Positions 1-8,952 of a DNA stretch of 64,000 bases are shown piece after piece (within the stretch, counting starts at the first letter, position 1; each line of letters opens with the position of its first letter). Source of the DNA: Patescibacteria group bacterium (GTDB lineage Bacteria; Patescibacteriota; Microgenomatia; UBA12405). The notes under the pieces were generated by a model. That model saw nothing but the letters and a program-made list of their open reading frames with translations. It did no database searches and was not told where the DNA came from. Made by a program: the position numbers and the translations under genes. The DNA is taken from assembly GCA_018902845.1 (NCBI GenBank), contig JAHIPV010000007.1:6989-70988 (forward strand), written 5' to 3'.

Positions 1-7
1 GTGTGCT

Positions 8-613
8 TTGAATCATTATGGATGGAGAGAAAGAGATAATATTGTGTGGGAGGATTTTTTGGCCGAAGTTCAGGCCGGTTTGGTAATTTGGTTGCCTAGT
101 GGAATAGGTTTTAAGCCGGTTGATGGTTTTGATTTCTTTTTGGCCAGTTCAGATGTTAACAGTGACGGCAGTGAGGCTCAGAGGGTTTTGTTTGATCAGG
201 TAGATTTTGGCGGTGAACTTCAAAAGGCCATGTTTATAGGTGGTGGTGGTGATGGTGCGCGTGATTCAGTAAGATGGATGATTGGATATTCTAAAACAAG
301 TGGTAGGGTGGCGTTTGTAGGTGTGATGAATGATGTTTTTTCCCGAATGGTTAATGAAGCTGGACCGTTTATAACAAATGATAGGATTAGTACTTCTTTG
401 GCTCTTTCTTTGGCTACACTAGCTCGTGGATGTAATATGGGAGATGGTCGCTATGATGCTACTCCGCAACGGGCGGTAAATAGAACGGTTTTGTGGGATG
501 TGAGGTTTTCTGGTGGAAGTGATGAAACTTTGCGTGATTTAATTGAGCCAGTGCTTTTTGAGCAAGGAGGAAATACTTTTCGTACTTCAGTGATTTTTTA
601 TCAAGACAAGTGA
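8..613 (+). CDS. hypothetical protein (possibly 5'-truncated by window edge)
   Basis: ORF track only; Gly/Asp-rich, no recognisable motifs. Lies upstream of pilus/adhesin cluster. Confidence 0.3.
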   Translation: MNHYGWRERDNIVWEDFLAEVQAGLVIWLPSGIGFKPVDGFDFFLASSDVNSDGSEAQRVLFDQVDFGGELQKAMFIGGGGDGARDSVRWMIGYSKTSGRVAFVGVMNDVFSRMVNEAGPFITNDRISTSLALSLATLARGCNMGDGRYDATPQRAVNRTVLWDVRFSGGSDETLRDLIEPVLFEQGGNTFRTSVIFYQDK

Positions 614-668
614 AGGGTTTAGGTGAGGCTGGTTTGTTTTTGTAGTTTGGATTGTTGTATTATGATAA

Positions 669-3600
669 GTGATGTTGGGTTTTTTTAAAAGAAAAAGGAT
701 TGTTGGCGGTATTTTGGTTTTATTGGTAGTTTTGGCGTTGGGATTGATTTTGCTTTTTGATAAATTTGGCGGAAAAAGGGATGAATTGCGCTTGTCGGTT
801 AAAAGCGGGATTGAAGATTTGGAAGTAGAGATGATTGATGAGGTTAGATTATTGTCATTGCTCAGAGAGAGAAATTTTGAAGACAGGGGGATTTTTCTTT
901 ATAGTGAAGAGGGAAATGCTTATGTGAAGCCAAAAGAAATAGAAATTGTTTTGACTGATAATTTGCAACCATTTTCTATTCGGAATGACAAAAATGGGAA
1001 TATTGTTAGTTCTTTTGGTACATATTTAGCGGGAGATAAATATAGTTTATATATTTATTGGTCTGATATTTTGTGGAAAGATGCAAAGAAAGAAATTTTG
1101 TCTGTTTTTTTGACTAAAGATGTAGTTACTTTTTTGACTAGACTTACTAAAGATGTGAGTGTGATGGCAGAAGAATATTTAAGCGAGGATGATTATTCTT
1201 TTATAAATCGTTATATGGGTGATATGAAACCTGTGTTCAGGATTTTTAAGAGTGCTGAGAAGTTGTCGTTAAAAAGTATTTTAGTTAAGGAAGCGATGGC
1301 GGTGTGTCAGGGATGGTATGATTGTGGAACTTGGCATCCGGCCGGAGGTTGTACCTGTAGTGCCGGTTCGCAGTATGATTATTTATGTAATAATAATGGA
1401 GATGTATGTGGAGTTTACCCGTATACTGGTACTTGTAGTGGCTGTTCTCCTGAGTATTGTGGTTCGCCCACGACTCGTTCCGGACCTTGTGGTGGAACGA
1501 CGGTCAGTACCTGTACTAATGTTTGTGGTTGGAGTGGAGAGTGTACGATTAATAATGGGTGTTATTGGGTTTATCCGACAAGTACTCCGCGACCGCCTAC
1601 CAATACACCCATATCACCTCCGACGAACACTCCACCGCCAGGGTCAACAAATACGCCTATACCACCTCCAACAAATACTCCTCCACCTGGGTCAACAAGT
1701 ACGCCAATACCTCCTCCGACAAATACTCCTCCGCCAGGGGCGACAAATACTCCTACTCCGCGACCGCCTACCAATACACCTACTTTGCGTCCTACACCGA
1801 CAGGTACTTGCGCTCCTGACTGTTCTTGTGCTTCCAGTACTTGTGTGGGATCGAGTTGTCCTGATGGTTGTGGGGGTTGGTGTTCGGGGACCTTGCCACA
1901 GCTGGCCGGAACATGGAGTTCGTGGAGTTCCTGTTCTGCTTGTATTCAGACCAGAACTTGCACTTTAGGACAATGTGGTGGCGCTTGTGTCGGGTCGAGT
2001 AGCAGGGCCTGTGGTTTGGTTGATGGGGGCTGGAGTAGTTGGGATGATGATTGTTCCACCGCTTGTGGTCAAACCAGGTATCGCACTTGTACTAATCCGC
2101 CTCCGGCTTGTGGAGGAGCGGATTGTGTTGGTAGTAGCTCTGATGTTTGTTCTGATGCTGATGATGGGTCACCGGCAATAACAGTGATAAGTTCACCCAG
2201 CGGAACTCAATCTAATCCGACTAACTTAGGTCAAATTACGGTGGTTCCCTTGAATTGGAATCAGAATTCCAGTTCTTTGACTGATTATTATCAGGTTCGA
2301 GTTTATGACTCGTCTGATAATTTGGATTGGAGTGATAACTATGTTAGTGGCAGATCGACGACCAGTGTGACCACTGGAAGTTTGGCCTTGGGAGAGGTTT
2401 ATCATTGGAGAGTCAGGGCGGTGAATAATGACTGTGGAATTGATTATGGGGCTTGGTCTTCTTATGGATACTTTAGATTAAATACAGAACCGGAGCTTGA
2501 TGATTTTGAAGTCAGAAATGATGACGATGATATAGTTCCGGCTGATTCGGCTGATCCCGGTGACGGTGATGACAGGTATCAGATTTGTGATGTTGAGTTT
2601 ATACAGGGAGGGAGTCATAGCAGGCAGGTTAGGTTTGTAATAGAAGTAACTGATGATGACGGTGTTAATGAAATAGAGGAAATTTCTTTGAGATTGGATG
2701 GGGCCGGTAGTGTAACTGTGAGCAATTTGACCACAAGTCCGGTTTCTTCTTTTACCGGTGGCGGTTGGAGTATTTATAGCGCTGTGGAGGTAAGTTTGGT
2801 TGGAGGAAATTTAAGAGTGGTTTTCCCGATGGAATTTAATGAAGACTTTGATAATGTTAATATTTATGATGTGGACGTTAGGGTGGAAGATGTTTATGGT
2901 GATAGTAGCGGTTGGGAAGATACCGGTACGAATTTTATGGTGTGGAGTTGTCAGGTTTGCGATGTAGGAGGGAATTTGTATGACGCTAGTTTAACTCCAT
3001 TTGCATGGCCGGTTTGTCCTGATGAGGGTTATAGTATTTTGGGGGAAGATATGAATTTGACTTCTGTCGTTTTTGAGGGAGCTGGGATAGCTGATGTAGA
3101 TATGGAGGTGATTTCCGATAATGAATATATTAGAACTGGTGATTGTTTAATTTGGGGTTATGTTTATACTCCTGAACTTAATAGTGATTTGAGAGGGAGT
3201 ATCCCGGTGATTAGAGTGACTGATGTTGGATCCGGGGTAGTTAGGGATTGTGACAATGATGTTGATATGACAGATAGTGATGGAGATGTTGACCCTTACT
3301 CGGCTGTTCCGTCATTACAGGTTGATTTTTCCTCAGTTAGAGATCAAGATGCTTGGTATCAGGTGGTTGGTTGTGGTGGTAAAGCCGGACAGTTGTTAGT
3401 TGATAATGTTCCCAACACTTGCGCAGTGGATGTAGATTGTATTGAATCTTTGTCAATAAATTCAACTAGAATGGCAAATGGTTTAGTGGTAGCTCCGGTT
3501 GTGAGAAATAATAGTGGTTGTGGAGACAATTGTAGTTTTTCTGATCCAAATGATTGGTATGCCCAGATTGACACTAGTGTAAACCTGGGCACTTATCAAG

Positions 3601-4046
3601 ATTTGTATAGTGAATATTTTGTTAATTTGGGACTTGGTGTTACTTATGTTTCAAATACTACAATGAGTGATATAGAATCAGATGTTGGAGGAAGAGGAAT
3701 AGTATTTGTAAATGGAAATTTGGTTGTTGATGTTAATAACAATATTCCTGTGGGTGAATTTTTGATGGTGATCGTCAGTGGAGATATAAGTATTAACGAA
3801 AGTGTTTCTAATACAGAAGGTGTTTTTGTCAGCGATGGAAGTGTAATAGCAGGCGGAGAATCGGATAATCAGCTTACTATTGAGGGTGTGGTGATGGCCG
3901 GGGTGGATGCAATTTTTACTCGAAGTTATGTTGACCATGTTAACAATAATACCAGTCCTGCCGTGATATTTTCTTATCGTCCAGATTTTATATTTACAAT
4001 GCCAAGTGAGTTATTTGGTGGATTAATTGAGTGGAGGGAGGACTGA
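669..4046 (+). CDS. large (1125 aa) membrane-anchored Cys-rich surface protein with TSP1-like repeats, Pro/Thr tandem repeats and FN3-like domain; putative adhesin associated with pilus cluster
   Basis: N-terminal hydrophobic segment (ILVLLVVLALGLILLF); dense Cys clusters; two WSSWSSCSAC / WSSWDDDCSTACGQTRYRTC motifs matching thrombospondin type-1 repeat consensus; PPTNTPPPGSTNTPIPP 20-aa tandem repeats; FN3-like segment (YQVRVYDSS...YHWRVRAVN). Confidence 0.6.
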   Translation: MMLGFFKRKRIVGGILVLLVVLALGLILLFDKFGGKRDELRLSVKSGIEDLEVEMIDEVRLLSLLRERNFEDRGIFLYSEEGNAYVKPKEIEIVLTDNLQPFSIRNDKNGNIVSSFGTYLAGDKYSLYIYWSDILWKDAKKEILSVFLTKDVVTFLTRLTKDVSVMAEEYLSEDDYSFINRYMGDMKPVFRIFKSAEKLSLKSILVKEAMAVCQGWYDCGTWHPAGGCTCSAGSQYDYLCNNNGDVCGVYPYTGTCSGCSPEYCGSPTTRSGPCGGTTVSTCTNVCGWSGECTINNGCYWVYPTSTPRPPTNTPISPPTNTPPPGSTNTPIPPPTNTPPPGSTSTPIPPPTNTPPPGATNTPTPRPPTNTPTLRPTPTGTCAPDCSCASSTCVGSSCPDGCGGWCSGTLPQLAGTWSSWSSCSACIQTRTCTLGQCGGACVGSSSRACGLVDGGWSSWDDDCSTACGQTRYRTCTNPPPACGGADCVGSSSDVCSDADDGSPAITVISSPSGTQSNPTNLGQITVVPLNWNQNSSSLTDYYQVRVYDSSDNLDWSDNYVSGRSTTSVTTGSLALGEVYHWRVRAVNNDCGIDYGAWSSYGYFRLNTEPELDDFEVRNDDDDIVPADSADPGDGDDRYQICDVEFIQGGSHSRQVRFVIEVTDDDGVNEIEEISLRLDGAGSVTVSNLTTSPVSSFTGGGWSIYSAVEVSLVGGNLRVVFPMEFNEDFDNVNIYDVDVRVEDVYGDSSGWEDTGTNFMVWSCQVCDVGGNLYDASLTPFAWPVCPDEGYSILGEDMNLTSVVFEGAGIADVDMEVISDNEYIRTGDCLIWGYVYTPELNSDLRGSIPVIRVTDVGSGVVRDCDNDVDMTDSDGDVDPYSAVPSLQVDFSSVRDQDAWYQVVGCGGKAGQLLVDNVPNTCAVDVDCIESLSINSTRMANGLVVAPVVRNNSGCGDNCSFSDPNDWYAQIDTSVNLGTYQDLYSEYFVNLGLGVTYVSNTTMSDIESDVGGRGIVFVNGNLVVDVNNNIPVGEFLMVIVSGDISINESVSNTEGVFVSDGSVIAGGESDNQLTIEGVVMAGVDAIFTRSYVDHVNNNTSPAVIFSYRPDFIFTMPSELFGGLIEWRED
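1597..1800 (+). repeat. ~60-nt (20-aa) Pro/Thr-rich tandem coding repeat (~3.5 copies) inside the 1125-aa ORF
   Basis: Direct reading: ccacctccaacaaatactcctccacctgggtcaacaagtacgccaata repeated; encodes (PPTNTPPPGSTNTPI)n. The spurious ORFs 1318..1968, 1559..1819 and 1571..1774 are alternative-frame reads of this repeat. Confidence 0.7.
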
Positions 4047-4083
4047 AAATTTTTAATTTTTAATTTTTAATTTCTAAACAAAA
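4047..4083. repeat. AT-rich aatttttaattt-type repeat (family D), intergenic
   Basis: ctgaaaatttttaatttttaatttttaatttctaaac; similar copies at 8221-8260, 34320-34390 and in the 5' end of the pilin-like gene (4433-4470). Confidence 0.6.
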
Positions 4084-4437
4084 ATGATAAAGTATGATTT
4101 AGAGGAAAGAACGGCAAAGTTTGGTGAAAATATTATTGTTTTTGTTAAGAACATAAAAAAAACTGTTGTTGTTTTACCATTAATTCAGCAGTTAGTTAGA
4201 TCGGCAACCAGTATTGGTGCCAATTATTATGAAGCGAATCAGGCTAGTTCCAAAAAGGACTTTGTGAGTAAGGTTTATATTTCAAAAAAAGAAGCAAATG
4301 AGACCAAGTATTGGTTAAGAATGCTTAGTAAGGCAGATGATAAAGTTCAAGAAACTTGTTTAAAATATTTGAAAGAAGTGCAGGAATTGATATTGATATT
4401 TTCTAAAATTATTAATTCAGCAAAAAAAGGTGTTTAA
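4084..4437 (+). CDS. four-helix-bundle protein (23S rRNA intervening-sequence protein family)
   Basis: Motifs GENIIVFVKNI...SIGANYYEANQASSKKDF...ETKYWLRML typical of PF05635/TIGR02436 family. Confidence 0.6.
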   Translation: MIKYDLEERTAKFGENIIVFVKNIKKTVVVLPLIQQLVRSATSIGANYYEANQASSKKDFVSKVYISKKEANETKYWLRMLSKADDKVQETCLKYLKEVQELILIFSKIINSAKKGV

Positions 4438-5296
4438 AAATTTGAAATTTAAAATTAAAAATTTAGGATGTCAATCCAGCGGGCAGGTGGCTTTGGTGGT
4501 GTTAGTGTTGGTGGCGGTGTCCTTGGCTTTGGGTTTGTCCGTTTCAAGTGAAGTTGTAACAGAAACTAAAATTGATAAAGACGAGGAATTGTTAAAACAA
4601 GCTTTTAATGCGGCTGAATCTGGAATTGAGTTTTATCTGGGAACGGGAGAAACTAACTATGAAGCTCCTGATGGTCAATCGAAGGCTGATGTTAGTATTG
4701 ATGATATTGGCGGTGGCGGAGAAACTGTTTTAGACTTTGATGAATATACAGTGGTTAATGATATGGCAAATTTTTGGCTAGTGAGCCACGAAAGTGACGG
4801 AAGCTTGGATTACGATAACAGTATGGGTGAAAATTTTACCGGTAATGGGCTTACTGTTTGTTTGAACGATTCATTTAATAGTACTATTGAGGTCAGTTAT
4901 TTTTATAGAGATGGGATAGACTATGGGGTAGAGAGATGGATTTATGAATTTGGTACCAATGGTGGGATGGTTAACGGTGCTTTGTCTTCGATAGATAGTG
5001 GTGTGTGTGGAAGTGGTTGGGTAGGGGCGGATTTGGATTTGAGTAGTTTGGGTGATACTCCCCTGTTGTTGTCTGTGAGGCCATTGTTTAATTCAGTTCG
5101 GATTAGTCTTAATGGAGGCGCTTTTTCTTTTCCCGGCCAAGGAATAGTGATTAGTTCTGTTGGTAGGGCCGGAAAAGTTGAAGCTATGGGAGAGGCTGTT
5201 GACAGAAGAGTATCAGTATCAAGAATATGGGGTGGAAGTATTTTGGATTTTATGGTGGATGGTTTGGTGGTTGAAAGAGATCTTAGTTCTGAATAG
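4430..5296 (+). CDS. pilin-like / pilus-associated secreted protein with N-terminal hydrophobic segment
   Basis: N-terminus KNLGCQSSGQVALVVLVLVAVSLALG resembles a degenerate class III (prepilin) signal; sits directly upstream of pilM-pilN-pilO; overlaps previous gene by 8 nt (operon). Confidence 0.35.
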   Translation: MFKNLKFKIKNLGCQSSGQVALVVLVLVAVSLALGLSVSSEVVTETKIDKDEELLKQAFNAAESGIEFYLGTGETNYEAPDGQSKADVSIDDIGGGGETVLDFDEYTVVNDMANFWLVSHESDGSLDYDNSMGENFTGNGLTVCLNDSFNSTIEVSYFYRDGIDYGVERWIYEFGTNGGMVNGALSSIDSGVCGSGWVGADLDLSSLGDTPLLLSVRPLFNSVRISLNGGAFSFPGQGIVISSVGRAGKVEAMGEAVDRRVSVSRIWGGSILDFMVDGLVVERDLSSE

Positions 5297-5322
5297 TCCA
5301 CCACAGGAGGTTATACTAATTT

Positions 5323-6345
5323 ATGAAAGATTTTTTAGGTATAGATGTTGGTAGAGGAAGTATTAAGATAGTGGCTTTGTCAAAAGAAGCTGAGAGTTTA
5401 GAATTAAGAGGTATTGGTGAAACACAAACGAACAACACTGATTGGACTAGTGGAGATAATAAACAAATAAAGGAATTAGCCAGTGATATAAAACTTTTAT
5501 TGCGGGATATGAAATTGAAAGATAGTTTTGCAGCAGTTTCTTTACCGGAAAATGAGGTGATTAGTAGATTGGTTAAGTTGCCACCTCTCAAAAAGAACGA
5601 AATAAAAGAAGCCTTGCGTTTTGAGGCGGAGACATTTGTTCCTTATCCTTTGGATGAGGTATCGATAGACTATGACGTGGTTGAGGAAGATGAAGCCGGA
5701 AGGCTTTTGGTTTTTGCCATTGCGGCAAAAAACAATTTGATTCAATATTACTTAAAATTATTTAAGTCAGTTGGGGTTGAATTATTGTCTTTAGAATCTT
5801 CTTCTCTAGCAATAAAGAGAGTGGCAAACCAAGTTGTTGGAACTGAAAGTCATGTTTTGTTGATGGATATAGGGGAGAAATACTCTTCGGTGGTTTGTTT
5901 GAACAAAGGACAAATTTATTACACCAGAACTATTCCTGCCGGAGGAGAATCTTTAACTAGGTCCATTTCTGTCAATTTGGGTTTAGATATGGTCTCTGCC
6001 GAAGAATACAAAAAGGCATATGGAATGAATCCTTTGGAATTGGAGGGGAAGATAAAGAACGCTGTTTTACCGGTTTTTAACAGTATAGCCGAAGAATTGA
6101 GAAAAACTATAGTTTCCTATCGGGAAGAATGGCAAAATTCGATTGGATTGTTGATTTTAAGTGGAGGAGGGGCGAATATGCCTGGTTTTGCGGAGGAGTT
6201 GACTAAGGTTTTGGGGATTGAAGTTCAAGTAATGCAACCTTTTTTGAGAGTTGATACCACAAAATTGGTATTACCGGTTGATATTAATAGTGAAGGATGC
6301 CGTTTTGCTTTAGCAGTTGGTTTGGCAATGAGGGGGTTAGTTTAA
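5323..6345 (+). CDS. pilM: type IV pilus assembly ATPase-like protein PilM (actin-fold)
   Basis: N-terminal LGIDVGRGSIKIVAL actin-like ATPase motif; size 340 aa; followed by PilN/PilO-like genes. Confidence 0.7.
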   Translation: MKDFLGIDVGRGSIKIVALSKEAESLELRGIGETQTNNTDWTSGDNKQIKELASDIKLLLRDMKLKDSFAAVSLPENEVISRLVKLPPLKKNEIKEALRFEAETFVPYPLDEVSIDYDVVEEDEAGRLLVFAIAAKNNLIQYYLKLFKSVGVELLSLESSSLAIKRVANQVVGTESHVLLMDIGEKYSSVVCLNKGQIYYTRTIPAGGESLTRSISVNLGLDMVSAEEYKKAYGMNPLELEGKIKNAVLPVFNSIAEELRKTIVSYREEWQNSIGLLILSGGGANMPGFAEELTKVLGIEVQVMQPFLRVDTTKLVLPVDINSEGCRFALAVGLAMRGLV

Positions 6346-6346
6346 A

Positions 6347-6883
6347 ATGTCTTTAAATTTATTGCCAAATGCGGCAAAATTTCAAAACGATAAAATTAAA
6401 GTTAAGAAAAGAGTTGGTTTGATTGTGATAATAATTTTATCTTTACAGGTTTTACTTTTATTGACGGTTTTTGTGTGGAACTTGATTGTTAAGGATTTTG
6501 TAACGAGAAATACAAAAAGATATAAAGAATCTGTGGCAGTTTATGAGTCTTTGTCAAATAAACTAGTTTTGAGTTATAAACTGAAACAAGGCATTGGAAT
6601 ATTGAGTGGTATTTTTGATACCAGATTTAAATATTCTGATGTTTTTGACAAGATTGATGAATTGTTTCCACCCGGAGTTGATCTTGTGTCTTTTGAATTA
6701 AAAGGTAAAAAGAGTTTTGTATTGGAAGGAAGTACTTTTGGTTTTGAATCTTTGGATGAGATTGAAGATATAATTGAAAGGATTAAGGAAGGTAAGGATA
6801 AAAATTTTAGGTCGGTGAATCTTAGCAGTTTATTGGTGGTTGATGACCATTGGAGTTTTAGGATGGAGGTGTTTTTAAGATGA
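6347..6883 (+). CDS. pilN: PilN-like type IV pilus assembly protein
   Basis: Single N-terminal TM (LIVIIILSLQVLLLLTVFVW) then periplasmic domain; position after pilM, 1-nt spacing. Confidence 0.45.
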   Translation: MSLNLLPNAAKFQNDKIKVKKRVGLIVIIILSLQVLLLLTVFVWNLIVKDFVTRNTKRYKESVAVYESLSNKLVLSYKLKQGIGILSGIFDTRFKYSDVFDKIDELFPPGVDLVSFELKGKKSFVLEGSTFGFESLDEIEDIIERIKEGKDKNFRSVNLSSLLVVDDHWSFRMEVFLR

Positions 6884-7629
6884 AAATTTTTGACAACAAA
6901 ATATTTGGATTAGAACTAAAAATGTATAAACTTTTTTGGCCCATTGCTTTGGTTGGGATTGTTTTTTTCCTTAGTTTGAAGGTTTTTATATTACCAAAAA
7001 TCGATGAGATAAGTGATTTGAATAAAAAAGTTTCCAGAATGAAAAACGAAGTCGTTGGATTGGAAGAGAAGTTGTTGTATTTGGAGGGGCTTGACGAAGA
7101 TAGTCTTAATAAAAGATTATTATTGCTGGATATTGCTTTACCTAAGAAAAAGGATGTTTATTTTTTGGTAAATGTGATTGATAGTATCGCCAAAAAATAT
7201 CGTTTTAGTACGGATAGTTTTTCTGTTTCCCCCGGGGAACTGAATAGTGATGAAAATGTTGTATCTGGACCCAAACTGGCCAATATTCCCGTGGATGTTG
7301 TTTTGTATGGACCCGAAGACAAGTATTTGGATTTTCTTAAAGGAATAGAGGAATCTTTACCTGTTTTGGTTATTAATCAGTTTGAAATGACGACTACAAA
7401 TAACGTGGTTAAAATAGAATTGAGTGTTTCTACTTTTTTTGTAAATGAAGGGGGCAATGATATTGATTCTTTAGCATTAAAAGATTTTAAGCTGAGTAAA
7501 GAAGAGGAGGAGTTGTTTACTGAGTTGAACAGTTTTGAAGGATTGGAATTGTTTTTGAACAGGGAAAGTTGGCAATCAGAAGAAGAACAGTATGTTAGGT
7601 ATGAGAAGAGGGATCCGTTTCGTCCTTAA
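6880..7629 (+). CDS. pilO: PilO-like type IV pilus assembly protein
   Basis: N-terminal TM, coiled-coil (SDLNKKVSRMKNEVVGLEEKLLYLEG); overlaps pilN stop by 4 nt. Confidence 0.4.
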   Translation: MKIFDNKIFGLELKMYKLFWPIALVGIVFFLSLKVFILPKIDEISDLNKKVSRMKNEVVGLEEKLLYLEGLDEDSLNKRLLLLDIALPKKKDVYFLVNVIDSIAKKYRFSTDSFSVSPGELNSDENVVSGPKLANIPVDVVLYGPEDKYLDFLKGIEESLPVLVINQFEMTTTNNVVKIELSVSTFFVNEGGNDIDSLALKDFKLSKEEEELFTELNSFEGLELFLNRESWQSEEEQYVRYEKRDPFRP

Positions 7630-7861
7630 CTTGAATGTTGAATTTTTGTTGAGGATAAGATGATGTCATCAGTGTTCTTATTGATTTTATTATTTTGCCT
7701 TCTTTACCGATTATTTGACCCAAAAGTTCGCTTGGAGCTATGATTTCAAAAGTTGTAATGCCGGGTATTGGAGTGTCGTTGGTTTTTTTTATTGTAAGTT
7801 TTTTTGAATTTTCTAAAATAGCGTCTAGTAAATAAAAAAGGGTTTTTTGTGGAGAATTCAT
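7595..7861 (-). CDS. KH-domain RNA-binding protein (YlqC/UPF0109-like)
   Basis: GQIIGKEGKIIKSIR KH GXXG motif. The ORF track extends to 7936, but the internal Met (MNSPQKT) avoids overlap with rpsP. Classic rpsP-KH gene order. Confidence 0.55.
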   Translation of the reverse strand: MNSPQKTLFYLLDAILENSKKLTIKKTNDTPIPGITTFEIIAPSELLGQIIGKEGKIIKSIRTLMTSSYPQQKFNIQVKDETDPSSHT

Positions 7862-7862
7862 A

Positions 7863-8198
7863 TTATTTTGTTTCCTCTTTTTTGGCTTCTGTGGTTTTGG
7901 GAATGATTGTTTCCTTGTTTTTGTGGGCGACCGCAAGGGTCGCCCCTACATTCTTTTTTTTCTTGATGGGATACTTTTCTGGATGGAGAAGTTTGTCTAC
8001 GCCTTCTGATATTTGAGCACCTTTTTTAACCCAACTTTCCATTGCTTCTTTGTCTATTTTGAGTGTTTTTGTTTGTGGTGTATAGAAGCCCAGGTCTTCT
8101 AAAAATTTTCCGTTTGCTTTCTTTTGTTTTTCAGTAACCACAATTCTGAAAGTTCGTTGGTGTTTTTTTCCTTTTGGAAATAATCTTATTCTTAGCAT
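7863..8198 (-). CDS. rpsP: 30S ribosomal protein S16 with repeat-derived C-terminal extension
   Basis: MLRIRLFPKGKKHQRTFRIVV...GFYTP matches S16; C-terminal tail contains in-frame copy of 26-nt palindromic repeat (encodes VGATLAVA). Confidence 0.8.
   Translation of the reverse strand: MLRIRLFPKGKKHQRTFRIVVTEKQKKANGKFLEDLGFYTPQTKTLKIDKEAMESWVKKGAQISEGVDKLLHPEKYPIKKKKNVGATLAVAHKNKETIIPKTTEAKKEETK
7925..7950. repeat. repeat family A copy 1 (gggcgaccgcaagggtcgcccctaca; 7-bp stem, GCAAG loop)
   Basis: Identical 26-mer also at 9268-9293, 14111-14136 and 19341-19366; this copy lies inside the rpsP 3' coding region. Confidence 0.9.
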
Positions 8199-8220
8199 GG
8201 TAGGTATTATATCATTTGAA

Positions 8221-8260
8221 ATTTTTAATTTCTAATTTTTAATTTCTAAAATTGTTGAGC
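8221..8260. repeat. AT-rich aatttttaattt-type repeat (family D), intergenic between rpsP and rnc
   Basis: atttttaatttctaatttttaatttctaaaattg. Confidence 0.6.
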
Positions 8261-8268
8261 AAAGGTTT

Positions 8269-8952
8269 TTATATTTTTTCAATAGCAGCGCGGGATGCTG
8301 CCTCTTGGGCTAGTTGTTTTGATCGACCTTTTCCTTTGGCTATTAGTTTTTTGTTTAAATAAACTGCTACATTGAAAATTTTTTGGTGATCTGGACCTGT
8401 TTCTTTGAGAGTTTTGTAGTGAGGTGTTATGTTTTTCTTTTCCTGAGCCAATTCTTGAAAAAGACTTTTTGGATCTTTGTAAACTTTTCGTTGGGCGAAA
8501 GTTTTGATTGTTGGTAATAGAAATTTGTCTAAAAATTTTTCAACGGCTTTGGATCCTTTGTCGAGATAAATAGCACCTATTATGGCTTCAAGACTATCTG
8601 CCAATATTGATTTGTTCGATTGGCCATTGTTTTTTTGTTCTCCATTGCTTAAAAACAGATAATCTCCTATTTTCAGTTTTTTTGCTATATCAGCCAGATT
8701 ATTGGTACAAACTACGAGAGCTCTTAAATTGGTAAGTTTGCCTTCTGGGTAATCAGGAAAGAGATCGAATAATTTTTTGGATGCCCATAGTTCAAGAACT
8801 GCATCGCCCAAGAATTCGTATCGTTCATTTGATTCCAGTTTGATATTTTTATATTCGTTTAAATAGGAGCGATGAATGAGAGCTTTTTGTAATTTGTCAA
8901 TGCTTTTAAATTTAGTTTTTAGTTTTTTTTCTAGTTGTTTTATTTTTTTCAT
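8269..8952 (-). CDS. rnc: ribonuclease III
   Basis: ERYEFLGDAVLEL RNase III signature, dsRBD C-terminus. ORF track start 9027 overlaps nusB by 116 nt; internal Met at 8952 is more likely. Confidence 0.8.
   Translation of the reverse strand: MKKIKQLEKKLKTKFKSIDKLQKALIHRSYLNEYKNIKLESNERYEFLGDAVLELWASKKLFDLFPDYPEGKLTNLRALVVCTNNLADIAKKLKIGDYLFLSNGEQKNNGQSNKSILADSLEAIIGAIYLDKGSKAVEKFLDKFLLPTIKTFAQRKVYKDPKSLFQELAQEKKNITPHYKTLKETGPDHQKIFNVAVYLNKKLIAKGKGRSKQLAQEAASRAAIEKI

Noticed and set aside
1318-2181. ORFs 1318..1968 (+), 1559..1819 (+), 1571..1774 (-), 1975..2181 (+) nested inside the 1125-aa gene
   Set aside because: Alternative-frame reads of the Pro/Thr tandem repeat and Cys-rich region; low-complexity translations (GGGVFVGGGIGV..., SDKYSSTWVNKY...) without starts or context; the long frame is clearly the real gene.
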